Positions 39,690 to 49,138 of a DNA stretch of 64,000 nt are shown here, one piece after another (the first letter of the stretch is position 1; each line of letters starts with the position of its first letter). Below the pieces are notes generated by a model. It was given only the letters and a program-made list of their open reading frames with translations, was not told where the DNA came from and made no database searches. This DNA is from an uncultured Thermoplasmata archaeon (GTDB lineage Archaea > Thermoplasmatota > Thermoplasmata > UBA10834). A program made the translations under genes and the position numbers. Location: assembly GCA_963719945.1 (NCBI GenBank), contig CAVRDX010000001.1, forward strand, positions 192,001-256,000, read 5' to 3'.

Positions 39690-40655
39690 CTAGAATGCTA
39701 TCTTCTCGCCGGGCACCCTCGGGAAGAGTGAGATGTCCCTCACGTGGCTCTGCCCTGTCAAGAATCTGATCATTCTCTCGATTCCAAGGCCGCCTCCGAC
39801 GGTACGAGGTATCAATCCTTGCGTAGCCGCCTCGAGGTATCTCTTGTAGGCGTCCATGTTGGTCCTGCGTTCCATCATCTTGCGGATGATCTCCTGGTAC
39901 TCCCACTCCCTCTCGCCTCCGGAAAGGGCTTCGCCATATCCTTCTGGCCAGAAAACATCGTAGTTGTGGTAGTATCCCTTCCGCTCCTTGTCTTCCCTGT
40001 CGTAGAACTCGCGGCGGAAGTTCAGGACCCAGAACGGGTCCTTCTCCGTCTCGGATGCGACCTTCTCGAAATCATCGCCGTATTTCGCCTTCAATTCCTC
40101 GGATTCGAAGATCTTCAGAGGGAGCTTCGGAGTTTCCAGCTTCCTGTCGAGCGCTCTCAAATCATCCGAGCACTCCTTCTTGACGAACTCGAAGACCTTC
40201 AAGATCATTCCATCGACGAGTTCCTTGAATTCCTTCTTGGTCTTGTCCTTCATCTCGATGTCTACCTGGGTGAACTCGAAAAGGTGCCTTCCCGTGGATC
40301 CCAGGTCGCCCTGCTCGAGCCTCACGTTCGGGGACATTATGTAGATCTTGTCGAAACCATCGTTCAGAAGAGCGAGCTGCTTGTGCATTATCATGCTCTT
40401 TGTGAGATGCAGTCTCTGCCCGTAGTATTCCACCGATGCGTCGAAATGGGGATGGTTGAGGGGGTCGGTCTCAGGGGACAATATGACTGGCATCGCTTGG
40501 ACCACACGGTTCTCGTACATGTAATCGTGAATCGCTTTCAGAGCGGCACTCTGGATCCTGAGTATATGTCCCATCTTGCTCTCTTTCAGGTGCAATACGG
40601 TTTCCTGCATGCTTATCATCGACGAAAGACGACAAGTCGGGATAGTATTTGACAT
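39690..40655 (-). CDS. asnA: Archaeal asparagine synthetase A (AsnRS-like catalytic domain without anticodon-binding domain)
   Basis: TDPL, LTKSMIMHKQL, SPNVRLE, RHLFEFTQVDIE, REFYDRED, SGGERE, GGLGIER. Confidence 0.88.
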   Translation of the reverse strand: MSNTIPTCRLSSMISMQETVLHLKESKMGHILRIQSAALKAIHDYMYENRVVQAMPVILSPETDPLNHPHFDASVEYYGQRLHLTKSMIMHKQLALLNDGFDKIYIMSPNVRLEQGDLGSTGRHLFEFTQVDIEMKDKTKKEFKELVDGMILKVFEFVKKECSDDLRALDRKLETPKLPLKIFESEELKAKYGDDFEKVASETEKDPFWVLNFRREFYDREDKERKGYYHNYDVFWPEGYGEALSGGEREWEYQEIIRKMMERRTNMDAYKRYLEAATQGLIPRTVGGGLGIERMIRFLTGQSHVRDISLFPRVPGEKIAF

Positions 40656-40710
40656 TTACTTCTATTTTAACGGAAACAATCCGAATAAGGGCAATATTCA
40701 TATAAGAAAG

Positions 40711-40725
40711 CCGTCATATTGACGG
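40711..40725. promoter_or_regulatory. 15-bp palindrome CCGTCA-TAT-TGACGG, putative Lrp/AsnC operator
   Basis: Perfect arms with an AT-rich centre, between the TATA (40699-40706) and the Lrp ATG. Confidence 0.65.
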
Positions 40726-40728
40726 TTT

Positions 40729-41166
40729 ATGCTTGATGAGAAGGACTCGACCATACTCGAGGAGTTGATGAAAGACGCGAGGAAGACCACCAAGGCGATA
40801 GCTCGCGAATTGGAGATCCCGAGGGCGACAGTCCATGACAGGATCGTCAAGATGGAGCAGAAGGGGATCATTCGCAAATACACGGCGCTCCCGGACTATT
40901 CCGCGCTGAGCCTGGGTGTCTCTGCTTTCATCCTCGTTCAGTTCGAGGCAGAGAAAGGGCTCTCTCAGAGGGACACGGCCGAAGAGATCGCCACCATCCG
41001 TGGGATATTCGAAGTCCACATGATATCCGGAGAGTATGACATGCTCCTGAAAGTGCGCGGTTCAAGCATGGAAGAGATCGGCCAGCTGGTCATTGATAGA
41101 TTGAGAGAAGTGAGAGGCGTGGCGCGCACGCTTACCTGCGCGTGCTTCACCACGGTAAAGGAATAA
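40729..41166 (+). CDS. Lrp/AsnC-family regulator
   Basis: LDEKDSTILEEL.KDAR...TVHDRI.KME.KGII; C-terminal RAM domain GEYDMLLKV. Confidence 0.95.
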   Translation: MLDEKDSTILEELMKDARKTTKAIARELEIPRATVHDRIVKMEQKGIIRKYTALPDYSALSLGVSAFILVQFEAEKGLSQRDTAEEIATIRGIFEVHMISGEYDMLLKVRGSSMEEIGQLVIDRLREVRGVARTLTCACFTTVKE

Positions 41167-41177
41167 TGAGTTTGCGG

Positions 41178-42620
41178 CTACCTGCTTCTCTTCTTGAGGA
41201 GCCTATCCACGGTCTCACCGAGTTCTTTTGGAACGGGTTCAACACGGTGCTCCTTGAATATGCGCCTGACTTCTTGTGCGGCGCGGTCGAGCAGTGTCTT
41301 CGAACCCTTCTGCGTCCACGAATCCCAGGATGTCCTGTCTGCCAGGGTCGGCATGAAATGCTCTGTCCTGAATTTCTCCACAGTGTGCCTCTGTCCTAGG
41401 TAATCCTTGCCGACGCCCACTTTATGGACGACATCCAGAGCTAGAGAATCCTCGTTTACTTCCATTCCTCTGGCCATCCGGCCAATCATACGAGACATTT
41501 CCGAATCGATGACCAACTGCTCCAGCCAGACTGTCCTACAGTCCTCGAGCAATCCTATACCGGCAATCATGTCCGCTCCTGCAAGTATTGGTGGTATAGC
41601 GCTTGCGAGTTTCTCTGCGGATGCCTGCTGGTCGGGTTCTTTGGATGTGGTGACAAAACCGCCCACGAGTGCAGGGAATCCGAAGTAATGCGCCATCTGC
41701 GCGTATGCAGCGGAAGTCAGACCGTGCTCAGGGCTTCCTCCCGCTCTCGTCGACGCTCTCATGTCCAAGTTGGCCATCCCGGCAGCGAAAACGAAAGATG
41801 TGCCAATCTGGTTCAACTGGAAGATCGTGTTGCCTGCCAGTGCCTCAGCAACCCCGACGGCCACCGATCCTGCGAGCGTCGCCGGACCTGTCGCACCTGG
41901 TCCGGGCATCACATAGAAGCAGATCGGTATGCCTGCGTCTGCCGCCACGAACCCTGCTTCCAGTCCCTCACCCTCGATCTGAAGTGGCGATGAGCTGGTA
42001 TGAATCGAAGATATGATCGGTCTCTTCCTCAGCTCGTCCCGTCCTCCGACTGCTGCGGAGGCGAGTTCGATGACATCTTCGACCTCCCATGAGGTAGTAT
42101 CCGTTGCGATCGTGATGTGCTTCTCCGTATTCTCGAGTGATGCCTGAAGGTCGTGAATGTGCCTCGTCCCTTGAGGGACGTCCTGGGATGTGACGTTTGG
42201 CCAGTTGACGCCATGCCCTGATAGGGCATCGGAGATGAAAGCACTCTTTGCAACATCCGATTTCCGGGACTCCCTCCTCTGTCTGGTCTCGAAATCCATC
42301 GCCATGGTGCCGTTGCCGTCGCTGGCGACATATGTATGCTCACCGTCGAGCCGCGCATCGTGTTTCCTTGTCCTTCCATAGAACGTGACTGCTCTGTTGT
42401 TCTTCCTGGAGAGCTCCTCAACGAGCCCCTGAGGGAATTTTACGACTGCACTTTTCTTGTCAACATCGCAACCGGCATCTTGAAGCATCTTCTGCGCTTT
42501 TTCGCTTCTGACAGCCACACCGGTCACTTCGAGGATCTCCAAGGCCGCGTAGTGGATCATCCGCATGTCGTCTTCGTTCAGGACATTCCTCTTGTGCGAT
42601 ACGGTTATGCAATTCGCCAT
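41178..42620 (-). CDS. MttB-superfamily methyltransferase, no pyrrolysine
   Basis: IHYAALEILE.TGV, GATGPATLAG, LDMR..GSPE, SKEPDQQ, EQLVID; no internal TAG. Confidence 0.9.
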   Translation of the reverse strand: MANCITVSHKRNVLNEDDMRMIHYAALEILEVTGVAVRSEKAQKMLQDAGCDVDKKSAVVKFPQGLVEELSRKNNRAVTFYGRTRKHDARLDGEHTYVASDGNGTMAMDFETRQRRESRKSDVAKSAFISDALSGHGVNWPNVTSQDVPQGTRHIHDLQASLENTEKHITIATDTTSWEVEDVIELASAAVGGRDELRKRPIISSIHTSSSPLQIEGEGLEAGFVAADAGIPICFYVMPGPGATGPATLAGSVAVGVAEALAGNTIFQLNQIGTSFVFAAGMANLDMRASTRAGGSPEHGLTSAAYAQMAHYFGFPALVGGFVTTSKEPDQQASAEKLASAIPPILAGADMIAGIGLLEDCRTVWLEQLVIDSEMSRMIGRMARGMEVNEDSLALDVVHKVGVGKDYLGQRHTVEKFRTEHFMPTLADRTSWDSWTQKGSKTLLDRAAQEVRRIFKEHRVEPVPKELGETVDRLLKKRSR

Positions 42621-42673
42621 TCGTCATCCCCCAAGATTGAATCTATCTCATTATGTGCTATTTATTGGAAACG

Positions 42674-42723
42674 CGATAATCTGAAAAGTGATTATCGAGG
42701 CCGGGCGGAAGACCGCACCGGCC
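42674..42723 (-). terminator. Two adjacent inverted repeats between the mttB genes
   Basis: GGCCGG-GCGG-aaga-CCGC-A-CCGGCC (42699-42723) and CGATAATC-N8-GATTATCG (42674-42697). Confidence 0.5.
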
Positions 42724-42733
42724 TTGAATAGGT

Positions 42734-44212
42734 TTAGTATGTCTTGGACTCGCCGCCCCACATGCCCTTCTTGGTGCTCTCGATGATGGCATCGATCTTC
42801 TTCTGCTTGTCCGCATCGAGTGCCGGGACCTTGTGGTCCTTGAGGATCGCTTTGACCCTGTCCCTGGCGGAGTCTCTGAGAGACTTCGATCCAGAGGTGG
42901 ACCATGCATCGTACGAGCGCCTGTCTATGAGCGTCGGTCTGAAGTGCTCCGACTTGAGATGGTCGACAGTGTGTCTTTGGGCAAGGTAGTTCTTACCCAC
43001 TCCGACCTTCTCGATCACATCGAGCGGTACTGTGTCGTCATCTGCCCACTCGCCTCGTATGAGCCTCTTTATCGAGCCAACGACCTCGTTGTCCATGACA
43101 ATCTGTTCATAGTGCAGGCAGCTGGAATCCTCCAACAGTCCGACACCACACATCAGGTCTGCACCCGCGAGCAGCGGACCGACGCAACCAGTGTAGTACT
43201 CCAGGACCGACTGGTCACCGGGCACCTTCGCGGTTGCCGATACACCGACGCAGGAGGGCATTCCATAGTAGTGCGCTAGCTCAGTCGCCATCGCGGATGA
43301 GATCGAGTGCTCAGGGCTTCCGCCAGCTCTGATCGTCGTCCTCATGTCTAGCGGTGCGTTACCCATACCGTATATCACGGCTGCTCCGGGTGTCGCCAGC
43401 TGGATCATGGTCAGAGCGCTGAGAACCTCAGCGTTGCCCACTGCGAGTGAACCGACGAGCGTCGCCGGGCCTGTCGCACCTGGCTGTGGCATTCCGAAGA
43501 AGACGAGCGGAACTCCCGCTTCGGCAAAGTGCAGGCTCGCGTCCATGACTCCTGCATCGTGCTGGAGCGGAGCGTATGTGCACTGCAGGCACGATGTGAT
43601 CGGCCTGTTCCTGTACTCCTTCTCGCCGCCAGCTGCTGCGTAGCCCATCTCGGTCAGGTGCTTCGCATCTGACAGTGTCACACCAGTCTCGTACATGACG
43701 TGCTTCTCTGTGTTGTTGAGAGACGCGTCAAGGTCGTGAAGGTGGACGGAAGCCGGGTCCTGATCCGTCGAACTGACCATTGGCCAGTGGATATGGACGT
43801 TCTCCAGAGCGTCGATGATCCTCGACGAGTTCACGACATCCTGCTTTGTCGAGCCCCTTCTCTCTCCGGTCTCGAAGTCGACTGTAACTGCACCGTTGCC
43901 ATTCGCCGTTATGTGGCTGTGGTTCATGTCCAGTTTCGCATCGTACTTCGGGTTCCTTCCTGCGAGAGTGATGGAAGTCTTCTTCTTCACCAGTGCTTCC
44001 TCGATCAGATGAGACGGTATCTTTGCGATACGGGTACTCTCATCGACCACGCAGCCGTTGTCCTTCAACAGCTTCCTGCACGTTGGACTGTCGACCTGCA
44101 CACCTATCTTCTCGAGTATGTGTAGTGTGCTCCAATGAATCCTATCCAAATCCTCATCGCTGAGGATCTGGAATTGGATGCCCCTCTTGATTCCGTAGGC
44201 CATGGACTTCAC
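42734..44212 (-). CDS. MttB-superfamily methyltransferase, no pyrrolysine
   Basis: IHWSTLHILEKIGV, GATGPATLVG, LDMR..GSPE, AKVPGDQ; paralog of 41178-42620; no internal TAG. Confidence 0.9.
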   Translation of the reverse strand: MKSMAYGIKRGIQFQILSDEDLDRIHWSTLHILEKIGVQVDSPTCRKLLKDNGCVVDESTRIAKIPSHLIEEALVKKKTSITLAGRNPKYDAKLDMNHSHITANGNGAVTVDFETGERRGSTKQDVVNSSRIIDALENVHIHWPMVSSTDQDPASVHLHDLDASLNNTEKHVMYETGVTLSDAKHLTEMGYAAAGGEKEYRNRPITSCLQCTYAPLQHDAGVMDASLHFAEAGVPLVFFGMPQPGATGPATLVGSLAVGNAEVLSALTMIQLATPGAAVIYGMGNAPLDMRTTIRAGGSPEHSISSAMATELAHYYGMPSCVGVSATAKVPGDQSVLEYYTGCVGPLLAGADLMCGVGLLEDSSCLHYEQIVMDNEVVGSIKRLIRGEWADDDTVPLDVIEKVGVGKNYLAQRHTVDHLKSEHFRPTLIDRRSYDAWSTSGSKSLRDSARDRVKAILKDHKVPALDADKQKKIDAIIESTKKGMWGGESKTY

Positions 44213-44856
44213 CCGACAAGCTTCCTGGCGACATCGACCGCGCTGGAAGCGTCACCGCTGTATCCCTCGGCTCCGATCTCCTTCGCGTAGACGTCGGTGA
44301 CAGGTGCACCGCCAATCAATGCCTTGATTGGAAGGTTCTTCTGCTTGATTGGTCCTATGACTTCGGCCATTCTGGGCATTGTCGTGGTCATCAGGGCAGA
44401 CATCGCAACCATCTTTGGCTTCAGTTCCTCCGCCTTCTTGACGAATTCTGCTGATGCAACGTTCACTCCAAGGTCAACGACCTCGAATCCGTTCGCGGAC
44501 AGCATCGTTGCCACGAGGTTCTTGCCGATTTCGTGAATATCGTCCTGGACTGTGCCGATGACAACCAAGCCCGCACTGGCCCTGTGCTTCCCCGACGGAA
44601 CTGCGGGTTCAAGCACGGCCAACGCAGCCTTCATGGCCTCTGCGCCCATGACGAGTTCTGGTAGGAATATTTCTCCCTTGCCGAATCTCTCGCCAACGAC
44701 TTTTATTCCTTCCGCCAAGCCCTTCTCAATGGCGACGAGCGGGTCGACGCCTTCCGCGAGCGACTTCTTCGCCAGATCAGCAATCGTCTCCATCTCGTAG
44801 TTTATCACTGCGTTCTTAAGCCGTGTTACTGCATCTTCCATTGGTTTTACCCCCAA
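44209..44856 (-). CDS. Methyltransferase cognate corrinoid protein (MttC/MtbC-like)
   Basis: Cap domain IFLPELV plus B12 motif DIHEIGKNLV...SALMTTT...IGGAP. Confidence 0.93.
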   Translation of the reverse strand: MGVKPMEDAVTRLKNAVINYEMETIADLAKKSLAEGVDPLVAIEKGLAEGIKVVGERFGKGEIFLPELVMGAEAMKAALAVLEPAVPSGKHRASAGLVVIGTVQDDIHEIGKNLVATMLSANGFEVVDLGVNVASAEFVKKAEELKPKMVAMSALMTTTMPRMAEVIGPIKQKNLPIKALIGGAPVTDVYAKEIGAEGYSGDASSAVDVARKLVG

Positions 44857-45225
44857 TTGGTTTCCTTCCAGGACTTTTGTTCCGGTCGGATTTTCCAGCT
44901 CGGTTTTAAGAGCGATTCATCTCCAAGACAAATCCCCTTCTCCGATTGAACCGGCATACTCGATACCCTAATTAAGTTTTCTGCTATTTCGAGGCATTTC
45001 TCTACCAAACACTATACAAATGTCAATATTATGCTCTTATGGCCCGATAGCAACCCGTTCATCCGTACATGAGCGTCAAGGGAGATCGTCACGCGAAAGG
45101 CATGATTCGCGAATGATGGCACAACTATCGAAAAGTCATCCAGATGTTTCTGGCCTAGTGCTCATGAATTACCCAAAACTATTTCTCGGAAAAGGCGTTC
45201 ACCCCTTTCATAGGAGGCGAAAAAT

Positions 45226-46119
45226 TTGCCTTGTGCAGTTGTGCCAGTTATTGAGCTGAAGGGTACGGCAAAGACAGTGAAGATTGGAGCCACGAAGACC
45301 CCGGTTCTGGTGGGCGAGAGAATAAACCCTACCAACCGTAAGGACTTGATCGCCAAGCTGAAAGCCGGCGAGTTTGGAGTTCTTGAGATGGAGGCCAAGA
45401 GGCAAATTGAGGCGGGTGCGGATATCCTGGATATCAACGTGGGTGTCCCTGGAATAGATGAGAAGCACGCCATGCTCGAAGCCATCAGGATCGTCCAGGA
45501 ATCAGTTGATGTTCCTCTTTGGATAGACACATCCGATCCAGCGGTCCTCGAAGTCGCTCTCAAAACGGTAAAGGGTCGCGTTGGGATCAACTCCACCACT
45601 GGGGAAGAGAAGAGGATGGACGCAGTCATACCTCTCGCAGCTCAGTACGATGCTGCATTGGTCGGACTCTGCATCGACGATTCTGGGATCCCTCAGACCT
45701 CTGAGAAGAGGGTGGCGATCGCCAGGAAGATCATCGACCGTGCTGAGCGTGCCGGTCTCGACAGGAAGAACCTTATGATCGATTGCGTCGCCCTTGCGTG
45801 CGGAACCAACGACCAGGGTGCCAAGGCTACACTCGACACCATACGCATCGTGACCGAGGAACTAGGCGTGAACACTACGCTCGGACTCAGCAATGTATCG
45901 TTCGGATTGCCAGACAGGCCCAAGCTCAACGCAGCTTTCATGCTCATGTGCGCGGGACAGGGCATGACCAGCTTCATCGGCAACCCTCTGGATCCCAACA
46001 TGCAGCTTGCAACCAAATCGTCCAAGCTGTTCTGGGGCGAGGACAAGTTCGCGATGGGCTACCTTACATTCTACAGGAAGATGCAGCAGGCCCAGGCCGC
46101 TGCAGCTGAGAAGAAGTGA
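45226..46119 (+). CDS. Pterin-binding methyltransferase (MetH/AcsE-like methyl-corrinoid:tetrahydropterin methyltransferase)
   Basis: VGERINPT, GADILDINVG, IDT, INS, GLSNVSFGLP.R..LN..F; TTG start after AGGAGG. Confidence 0.87.
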   Translation: MPCAVVPVIELKGTAKTVKIGATKTPVLVGERINPTNRKDLIAKLKAGEFGVLEMEAKRQIEAGADILDINVGVPGIDEKHAMLEAIRIVQESVDVPLWIDTSDPAVLEVALKTVKGRVGINSTTGEEKRMDAVIPLAAQYDAALVGLCIDDSGIPQTSEKRVAIARKIIDRAERAGLDRKNLMIDCVALACGTNDQGAKATLDTIRIVTEELGVNTTLGLSNVSFGLPDRPKLNAAFMLMCAGQGMTSFIGNPLDPNMQLATKSSKLFWGEDKFAMGYLTFYRKMQQAQAAAAEKK

Positions 46120-46236
46120 GAGATGCGCGAGATGAAAACCCCTTACAGAAACTCATTCCATACCATTATTCTCGATAGCATCCGACATCTGCTAACCCAT
46201 GGTCGGTTGACCATCGTCAAAATGCGAGGATGTTGT

Positions 46237-47991
46237 CTATCTCCTTCTCATCTTCGGATTCAGCACATCATCAAGGGCGTATCCGACCAGTGAGAACGAC
46301 AGCACCATTATCACGATGGCTCCTCCAGGCGGCAGTATCCACCACCACGCCCGTGAGCTGAACGCACTGAAATTGTACGCGCCCTCGAGCATGGCTCCCC
46401 AGCTGATCACATCCGGATCACCCAGGCCAAAGAAGTCCAGGAACGCTTCGGAGAATATTGCAAGCGATATCAAGAGGACCGTGTTCGCGAAGATCAGCGG
46501 AAGCACGTTTGGCAGAATATGTTTGCCAATTATGTGCGCATCCCCGGCGCCGATCGCTCTTGCCCTCTCGATGAACTGACGCTCCTTGATCGTCAGGACC
46601 TGCGACCTGACTATTCTTGCCGTCGACGGCCAGCTCGTGATGCCGATGACCAATATGACCCAAATGAACTTGGAGCCAAGGATGGCCATCATGACGATCA
46701 TGAGAGGGAACCACGGGAGAACCAGGAAGAAGTCCGTGATCCTCATCAAGAGTTCCTGCACCGCTCGGCCGAAGTACCCAGCGGCGAGCCCGATCCCCGC
46801 ACCGAGCGCGACCGAGATGAGTGTGGCGACGATCCCGACGATAAGCGATGCTCTCGTGCCGTACAAGGTCATGCTGTATATGTCTCGGCCGACGTTATCT
46901 GTACCTAATGGGTGCAGCTGGCCTGTATATGGCGAAGGATCAAGGATGGATGGCGGCAGTGGGTTGTACCAGCCATCATCTATCACGTTCATTTCGTAAT
47001 TGTTCGTGTTGTTCGGATCAGGAACTGTCGATATGTATGGTGCTAGGATTGCCAGTACGACGAAACCTATCAGAACCAGGAACCCACTGAAACCGATGCT
47101 ATTGGATCTGAATATCTTCCAAGTCTTCCTAAAATCCGCCAGCCTGAGTCTGAGTTTCTCCTTGTCTGTGCTGGTCATCAGAGTATGGTCCTTGCGCCAC
47201 TTCTTGATTATCAAGAATGCAGCAACCGCGATGATCGTGGCGCTGATCGCGATCTTGAGCCAGTTCTCTTCCAGCCATGTAGGCGGTGACTTCACTGCGA
47301 TGGTTATTGCCGTTTCGTTCGAATTGCCACCGAGGTCTGTCACACGCAACCTGATCTCGTAGATGCCCGTTTGATTGAACCAATACTTCCAGGATGGGAC
47401 ATCGTAGGTGTCTATGACCTCGCCATTCCGTGAGACTGTCCACTCGTATTCCACAATCATGCTGTTGTCACTGGACGATCTGCTCGCATTGAATGTTACG
47501 TTCGAATACACTTGGACCGTCATGTTGACGTGACCGATGTTCACAACTGGCGGCTCAGTATCCAGTGCAACGGTCACGGAGACAGTGTCAATGTCCCAGT
47601 TCCCTTCTGCATCGGTGACATTGAGCGTCACCACATAGGTCCCGATATACAGGAATGTGTAACTCACGACCTCCCCGTATAGGACCCGTTCCACTCCATC
47701 GAAGAACGACCATGTGAAGTTGACTATATCCACATCATCGGATGATCGCGCAGCCGACAGGGTGACTTTCATCTCGACATAAGTCGATACATCGGCGCCA
47801 GCATTCGCGATCGGCGGAGTCACATCCTGCAGATATGAGGTGCTTACGCACTCCTGGTCATTCCTGTCGGTGACGCTGCAACTGAGGATGGTGATTGTGA
47901 TGACTGAAAGCAGCAGCATCATCGATAATGTCGCTGCGAATCTGCTGGGACTTTTGCCCTTCATCCCATGATTTCGATTTTCATGAACCAT
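46237..47991 (-). CDS. Dpp/OppC-type ABC permease with two N-terminal PKD-like domains
   Basis: PIANAGAD..SSDDVDIVNFTWSF..GTYVVTLNVTD.GN repeats, then HPLGTD..GRDI, ERARAIGA, HILPN; start ATG 47991. Confidence 0.85.
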   Translation of the reverse strand: MVHENRNHGMKGKSPSRFAATLSMMLLLSVITITILSCSVTDRNDQECVSTSYLQDVTPPIANAGADVSTYVEMKVTLSAARSSDDVDIVNFTWSFFDGVERVLYGEVVSYTFLYIGTYVVTLNVTDAEGNWDIDTVSVTVALDTEPPVVNIGHVNMTVQVYSNVTFNASRSSSDNSMIVEYEWTVSRNGEVIDTYDVPSWKYWFNQTGIYEIRLRVTDLGGNSNETAITIAVKSPPTWLEENWLKIAISATIIAVAAFLIIKKWRKDHTLMTSTDKEKLRLRLADFRKTWKIFRSNSIGFSGFLVLIGFVVLAILAPYISTVPDPNNTNNYEMNVIDDGWYNPLPPSILDPSPYTGQLHPLGTDNVGRDIYSMTLYGTRASLIVGIVATLISVALGAGIGLAAGYFGRAVQELLMRITDFFLVLPWFPLMIVMMAILGSKFIWVILVIGITSWPSTARIVRSQVLTIKERQFIERARAIGAGDAHIIGKHILPNVLPLIFANTVLLISLAIFSEAFLDFFGLGDPDVISWGAMLEGAYNFSAFSSRAWWWILPPGGAIVIMVLSFSLVGYALDDVLNPKMRRR

Positions 47992-48001
47992 TCCATCACC
48001 C

Positions 48002-48985
48002 TCAGATCTTGACCCTCGGGTCAAGGTAGAAATATACAATGTCCGCGATCAGATTTGCCACCAATACTGCAACTGCCATCAGAAGGAAGAGTGCCTGTAG
48101 CAACGGGTAGTCGAGGCTCACAACAGCGTCCCATGTGAGCTTTCCCAGCCCGTCGTACGAGAACACCATCTCGACCATTATCGTTCCTCCGAGTACCCAT
48201 CCCACGCTTATGGCCATGACAGTTACGACGGGCAGCAGTGCATTCTTCATCGCGTGCTCATTCAATATGTTCTTGTTGCTCACTCCTTTTGCTCTTGCAG
48301 TTATTATGTAATCTTCAGTAAGGACATCCGTCAGCGAGTTCCTCATTATGAGGGCGAATTCCGCCATTATCTCTAGAGTGAATGCGATGACTGGCAGAAT
48401 AAGGTGGTAACCTCGATCGAGTATTTTCTCCCATAAGTTCATGTCTGTATAGCCTGGGCCATATGCCCCACGTAACGGGAACCATCCCAGGTATCCAGAG
48501 AAGATCATCAGGAGAATCAGTGCGAACAGGAAGGTGGGCATCGAATAGAATATGAGCGCGAATCCCATGCTCGCCGCATCAGCTGCTTTTCCTCTCCTCC
48601 AGGCAGCGAACTTACCAATCATCACTCCCAGATATATCGCGAGTCCAGTTCCTATGCCTACCAACAGGACTGTGTTGAATATCTTCGGTCCCAGACCATC
48701 AGATATCTCGCTGTTCTTCCAGACTCCGGTGCTGACTCCGAAATCGCCAGAGAATATCTGGATGATGTAGTAGTATAATTGGTCCAGCAGCGGATCGTTG
48801 AGGTGAAACCTTTCTCTAATGATATTCTTCAACACCTCGTCCCCGCTCTTGGGGACAAGTACCGCAGCCGGATCTCCAGGCATTATCCTGAACAGGAAGA
48901 AGTTGAAGGCTATGATGGCGAACAGCGTGATTATGAGATAAATGACCTTTCTGATGACATACGATCGCATATCCACTGGAATCAT
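48002..48985 (-). CDS. Dpp/OppB-type ABC permease
   Basis: MPGDP, GDFGVS, DYIITARAKG, HAMKNA, DYPLLQ, LDPRV. Confidence 0.93.
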   Translation of the reverse strand: MIPVDMRSYVIRKVIYLIITLFAIIAFNFFLFRIMPGDPAAVLVPKSGDEVLKNIIRERFHLNDPLLDQLYYYIIQIFSGDFGVSTGVWKNSEISDGLGPKIFNTVLLVGIGTGLAIYLGVMIGKFAAWRRGKAADAASMGFALIFYSMPTFLFALILLMIFSGYLGWFPLRGAYGPGYTDMNLWEKILDRGYHLILPVIAFTLEIMAEFALIMRNSLTDVLTEDYIITARAKGVSNKNILNEHAMKNALLPVVTVMAISVGWVLGGTIMVEMVFSYDGLGKLTWDAVVSLDYPLLQALFLLMAVAVLVANLIADIVYFYLDPRVKI

Positions 48986-49138
48986 CTCCCCCTGCGGATC
49001 GATTCTCTGGACATCGATGGCTCCCTTCCCACGCCATCTACATCTCGGCTACGAACAGTTACCAGTTTGTCACGCGTGCTTATCGCATCCCTTGCATGAT
49101 TGAAAGCGGAAAGGGGGTATGTACCCCCGAATTCGTTT

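Noticed and set aside
41178-44212. Pyrrolysine (TAG) readthrough in the mttB genes
   Set aside because: Both ORFs are full length with no internal amber codon; no pyl genes in the window
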